26,468 nucleotides of DNA from a virus (taxonomy: Duplodnaviria > Heunggongvirae > Uroviricota > Caudoviricetes). The notes beneath the pieces are model-generated. The model saw only the letters and a list, made by a program, of their open reading frames with translations. It searched no databases and was not told the origin of the DNA. Of the stretch, positions 23,512 to 26,468 are shown piece after piece. Both the position numbers and the translations under genes were made by a program. The stretch is from IMG/VR virus record IMGVR_UViG_3300005663_003096; one strand, 5' to 3'. Position 1 is the stretch's first letter, and each line of letters starts with the position of its first letter.

Positions 23512-23985
23512 ATGAAATTGACCGGATTTGCCCTGGCCTGCGCTGCAGTCCTTTCAGCATGTACCGCTGCACCTGTGCCGGAATATACGAATGACGTGCC
23601 GCATAGCATTCCGTTGAACGGACATGTTCGCCTTCTTGAGGAAGTCAGTGAAATCCGCCGCGCCCAGGGCCTCTCGATTGTTGCATCAAGTGCGGGAGCG
23701 GATCAGGCTGCCCATCGCGCCGCCGCGGATATGGCCCGCCACGGGACCTTCAGCCATACGGGCTCAGATGGCTCCTCTGCCGCAGAGCGCCTGCGGGATG
23801 CGGGCTGTTCGCACGGTCTGGCCGAAAACATTGCCAAGGGCAATGCATTGAACAGCGGCAACATCATACAGACCTGGATGGACTCACCTGGGCACCGCGA
23901 AAACATCCTCAGATCGGAGATGCTCTGGATGGGCATTGCGAAGGTCGATGATGTTTGGGTCATGACCCTCGCGGAACGTTGCTGA
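23512..23985 (+). CDS. CAP (SCP/PR-1/YkwD-like) domain lipoprotein
   Basis: Lipobox VLSAC. Motifs AADMARHGTFSHTGSDGS, AENIA and WMDSPGHRENIL. ATG 23512 follows GAGG. Confidence 0.92.
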   Translation: MKLTGFALACAAVLSACTAAPVPEYTNDVPHSIPLNGHVRLLEEVSEIRRAQGLSIVASSAGADQAAHRAAADMARHGTFSHTGSDGSSAAERLRDAGCSHGLAENIAKGNALNSGNIIQTWMDSPGHRENILRSEMLWMGIAKVDDVWVMTLAERC

Positions 23986-23991
23986 TCAAGT

Positions 23992-24906
23992 TTAGTTAGG
24001 TTGGTCAGGATCGTCGTTGGACATGTCTTGTTCTGCTGTCAATTCAACAGCAAAAGGATCTTGTACATGCTCGCCAAGTGGGGCGAGAGCGATCTCGATC
24101 CGGGGAAACTTGGGATCTAAGGCCCTCTTTTCGCGGCCCATCTCGACCTCGACCCTCTCGGTTGGATTGACCGCCAGGCGCTCAACCGGCACGCGCGCGT
24201 CGACAACCTCCAGCTCACCATGGGCCAACAAGGCGTTGGGCTCATTGGGGCCGCTGGTCATGAAGCCCATAACCTGAGCTGCCTGATACACCGGCGCCTG
24301 CATTTCACTGATGCTTCGTGCCTCACTGTATGGCTTATCCCCAAACGCGATCTCTACCGAAGCAACAGATGTATGGATCATGCCTTCAAGGCCTTCGCGG
24401 AAATGCTTGCCAACATCATCCCACCGCGCCCCATAATCAGCTTCGATCTTGGCATTCAGAGCCTCAGGATTGATCTTCTCATCCCCCTCAAGCGTGGCTT
24501 GATTCAGCCGGTAGATGTCGCTCTTGGGCATTTCGACAACCTCGAGATAACCGCTGAGCGCAGCCTCATCCCACTGTCCGGAAATGCCTTGCGCGTAGGC
24601 CTGATCATAGACCTGTGCCATCTGGTCACGGATCGTCTCCTGCGTCGCAGCCTTCACGACGGCCAGACGCTCTTCGATGCCAAAATTCGACCAGCCGTTT
24701 GCTTTCATTCCATCTGAGGCGCCAAGCAGGACTTCGGCCGCATAGTGCTTTGCGGGAAGATCCAGCATGCCGTTGAAACTATGTTCGACATTAGAATTCG
24801 CAGCGAGATTCGAAAGTGCGGCGGCTCCGACGAGGCCTACAACCTGTGCGACTGCTGCTGCTATCACGTAGGGTTTTAATTTATCAAGAGTGCGATCATC
24901 GAGCAT
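23992..24906 (-). CDS. Hypothetical protein with an N-terminal membrane anchor (304 aa)
   Basis: AGGA RBS before ATG 24906. TM segment YVIAAAVAQVVGLVGAAAL and an acidic tail. Confidence 0.78.
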   Translation of the reverse strand: MLDDRTLDKLKPYVIAAAVAQVVGLVGAAALSNLAANSNVEHSFNGMLDLPAKHYAAEVLLGASDGMKANGWSNFGIEERLAVVKAATQETIRDQMAQVYDQAYAQGISGQWDEAALSGYLEVVEMPKSDIYRLNQATLEGDEKINPEALNAKIEADYGARWDDVGKHFREGLEGMIHTSVASVEIAFGDKPYSEARSISEMQAPVYQAAQVMGFMTSGPNEPNALLAHGELEVVDARVPVERLAVNPTERVEVEMGREKRALDPKFPRIEIALAPLGEHVQDPFAVELTAEQDMSNDDPDQPN

Positions 24907-24987
24907 GTGAGTATCCTGTAGGTTCTTGCTTGTGTGCAAGTCTCCGGCAGGATTGCGAAAATTCCAAACACATGAGTCTCTTTGCGT

Positions 24988-25332
24988 TCAGGCTTCCTCG
25001 AAAGCAGGTTGGTTGAAAAGCGCGCCAAGCGTGACCTCATGAAAATCAAAGCACGATCCCATCTCATCTTTGACAAGGACCACCACACCGTCATCAGAAT
25101 CCTCCGCCATAATCTCGAGCGCGCGGCCGCGTCCAGCGTAGATTTGGAGAGGCAGCGTCCCTGCCGCCTTAAGGGTCGCGAAGGCCGCACTGTCAAAGAG
25201 TGAGGCCAGGCTGTTGGCCTCAGAAACCTTGGCACCATAGGCGAGATCTCTGTATTGCCCGGGCCCTGGCCCTTCGGCCGCCAATGGATCCGCCCTCAAA
25301 AGACAGGTATCGCCCATATAGATCGTGTGCAT
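24988..25332 (-). CDS. Hypothetical protein (114 aa)
   Basis: AGGAG RBS 30 nt after the PcfJ-like stop. No family recognised. Confidence 0.7.
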   Translation of the reverse strand: MHTIYMGDTCLLRADPLAAEGPGPGQYRDLAYGAKVSEANSLASLFDSAAFATLKAAGTLPLQIYAGRGRALEIMAEDSDDGVVVLVKDEMGSCFDFHEVTLGALFNQPAFEEA

Positions 25333-25362
25333 TTCTGCGCTCCTATTGTTTTCGCAAACGCA

Positions 25363-26468
25363 TCACTGCGCGGCCCACATGATATCTTGCTCGGTTTCCT
25401 CAATCGCGGCATCGATCTCTGCGTCAAAGGGGTCATCAACCTGATCCCCATGCACATCTTCAATCTCAAGTTCGGCGGCCTTTTCCTCTGCAAGGCGAAC
25501 CCAGATATTTCGGGGAGCACTGCCCTCGACGAACTTGAACTCCTCCCCTTTGATATCTGACCCGGCGATGAACTTATCAAGGCCAGACTTGCGAATTTTG
25601 CGCGGCAGTAAAGAACTTAGCTCGTCCCAGGCATCCTGAAGGTGCTCTCTGTCCCAGGGATTGTAGCCGGCCGAGCGCACTGACAATGGCAAAAGCCTCA
25701 TCATATCCTGTTCGTGTCGCGTCTCCGCAAGCCCATCCGCATAGCGCTCAAGATCATGGACCTCTAGGCTTTGGATATGCTTGGCGAGCCGTTTCGCGGC
25801 CTCCTCAGCTGCATCACAGGGCTCCGCATTGTCATAGGCATAGTTCTGGCGGACCTTGCACTGTAGGCTGGGCACTTCACGTTCACTGCCATCTTCGTTC
25901 TTTATCGTCCGGGATATGACCACCACATCCAGTTCCACTGTGCTCGAAATACCCTCTTCGGTTTCGAGCGAGAAGATGAGCCGCGCTTCTTTGTTGCGCC
26001 CTTTGAGAACCGTGTTGAGGTAGCCGCCCACACAGTGGTTTTCCTCTCGCCCTTGCTTGGTCAGAGCCTTTGCGCTGTTCAGCTCACGTGCGCGCAGGCC
26101 ATTGCCGAGATCAACTTCGCCGACGAGCGGCTCCCATACTTCTTCCGTGCTGATCTTCTGGATCTTATCGGCATAGCGATGGATGTTGCGGTGATACCGG
26201 GTTGAAAGCTCCAGCAATTCAGTGACCTTGAAGTCTTCCAGTACAGCATCGACGGCCTTTTGGCGGGGCGAAACATAGTCGTCGTTGTTCGAGGCATATC
26301 CGCGTTCGGAATTCGTCTCGTTCCACTCAAGGCCGCGCTCTTCGGCAACTTCGCGGACCTTGTTCATGGTCGCGGGCACATAGAGTGTGTTGGCCAGGTA
26401 GCTCACCGCATCCTTTACCTGCTCGGCCGGGGTGGCGAGGATTTTGTCCATCATCTTATAAGGATCGC
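25363..26468 (-). CDS. PcfJ-like domain protein, probably 5'-truncated by the window edge
   Basis: RELNSAKALTKQGREENHCVGGY matches the PcfJ L..EG..M.HCV..Y motif. The frame stays open from 26454 to the window end (GAT CCT TAT AAG ATG) and there is no RBS before the ATG. Confidence 0.75.
   Translation of the reverse strand, partial: DPYKMMDKILATPAEQVKDAVSYLANTLYVPATMNKVREVAEERGLEWNETNSERGYASNNDDYVSPRQKAVDAVLEDFKVTELLELSTRYHRNIHRYADKIQKISTEEVWEPLVGEVDLGNGLRARELNSAKALTKQGREENHCVGGYLNTVLKGRNKEARLIFSLETEEGISSTVELDVVVISRTIKNEDGSEREVPSLQCKVRQNYAYDNAEPCDAAEEAAKRLAKHIQSLEVHDLERYADGLAETRHEQDMMRLLPLSVRSAGYNPWDREHLQDAWDELSSLLPRKIRKSGLDKFIAGSDIKGEEFKFVEGSAPRNIWVRLAEEKAAELEIEDVHGDQVDDPFDAEIDAAIEETEQDIMWAAQ

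Noticed and set aside
25330-25357. TTGCGAAAA at 25349-57 as a promoter for the 24988..25332 gene
   Set aside because: The predicted -10 position falls on the start codon and the spacer contains the RBS. It is counted as a motif copy but not as a promoter.
1-26468. tRNA, rRNA, transposase, integrase or phage structural genes
   Set aside because: No T-loop/cloverleaf pattern, DDE or tyrosine-recombinase motif, terminal inverted repeat or virion-protein signature was recognised by eye.

Overview
This is a gene-dense accessory region of roughly 55-60% GC by eye. It looks alphaproteobacterial, with Rhodobacteraceae-like proteins, and is most likely part of a large mobile or extrachromosomal element (megaplasmid, ICE or jumbo-phage-like). 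No replication, integration, transfer or virion hallmark gene lies inside the window, so the element type cannot be fixed. I find about 33 CDS in many short, mixed-orientation transcription units. Host-like envelope and proteostasis genes: YccA/BI-1, FtsH, a 2TM K+ channel with RCK domain, DUF805, a CAP lipoprotein, a peptidoglycan-binding protein and an RTX Ca-binding protein. Enzymes: an HDAC-family deacetylase and a pteridine-reductase-like SDR. Phage/plasmid-type genes: an XRE HTH, a tandem MazG-like protein, a PcfJ-like protein and a HicA-like fusion, plus many orphans. The strongest unexplained signals are: (1) a non-coding motif TTGCGAAAA present at least 15 times, 12 of them intergenic, with a promoter-like TTGCGA-N16-TA subclass in front of five genes; (2) a HicA-like domain fused through a long linker to a C-terminal winged helix, with an internal RBS+ATG and an internal copy of the motif, which could be a one-gene toxin/antitoxin or regulator; (3) adjacent yccA and ftsH; (4) several enzyme domains with degenerate catalytic motifs. 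Family assignments come from motif recognition and memory, not database searches. No rRNA, tRNA, CRISPR array or IS element was seen.
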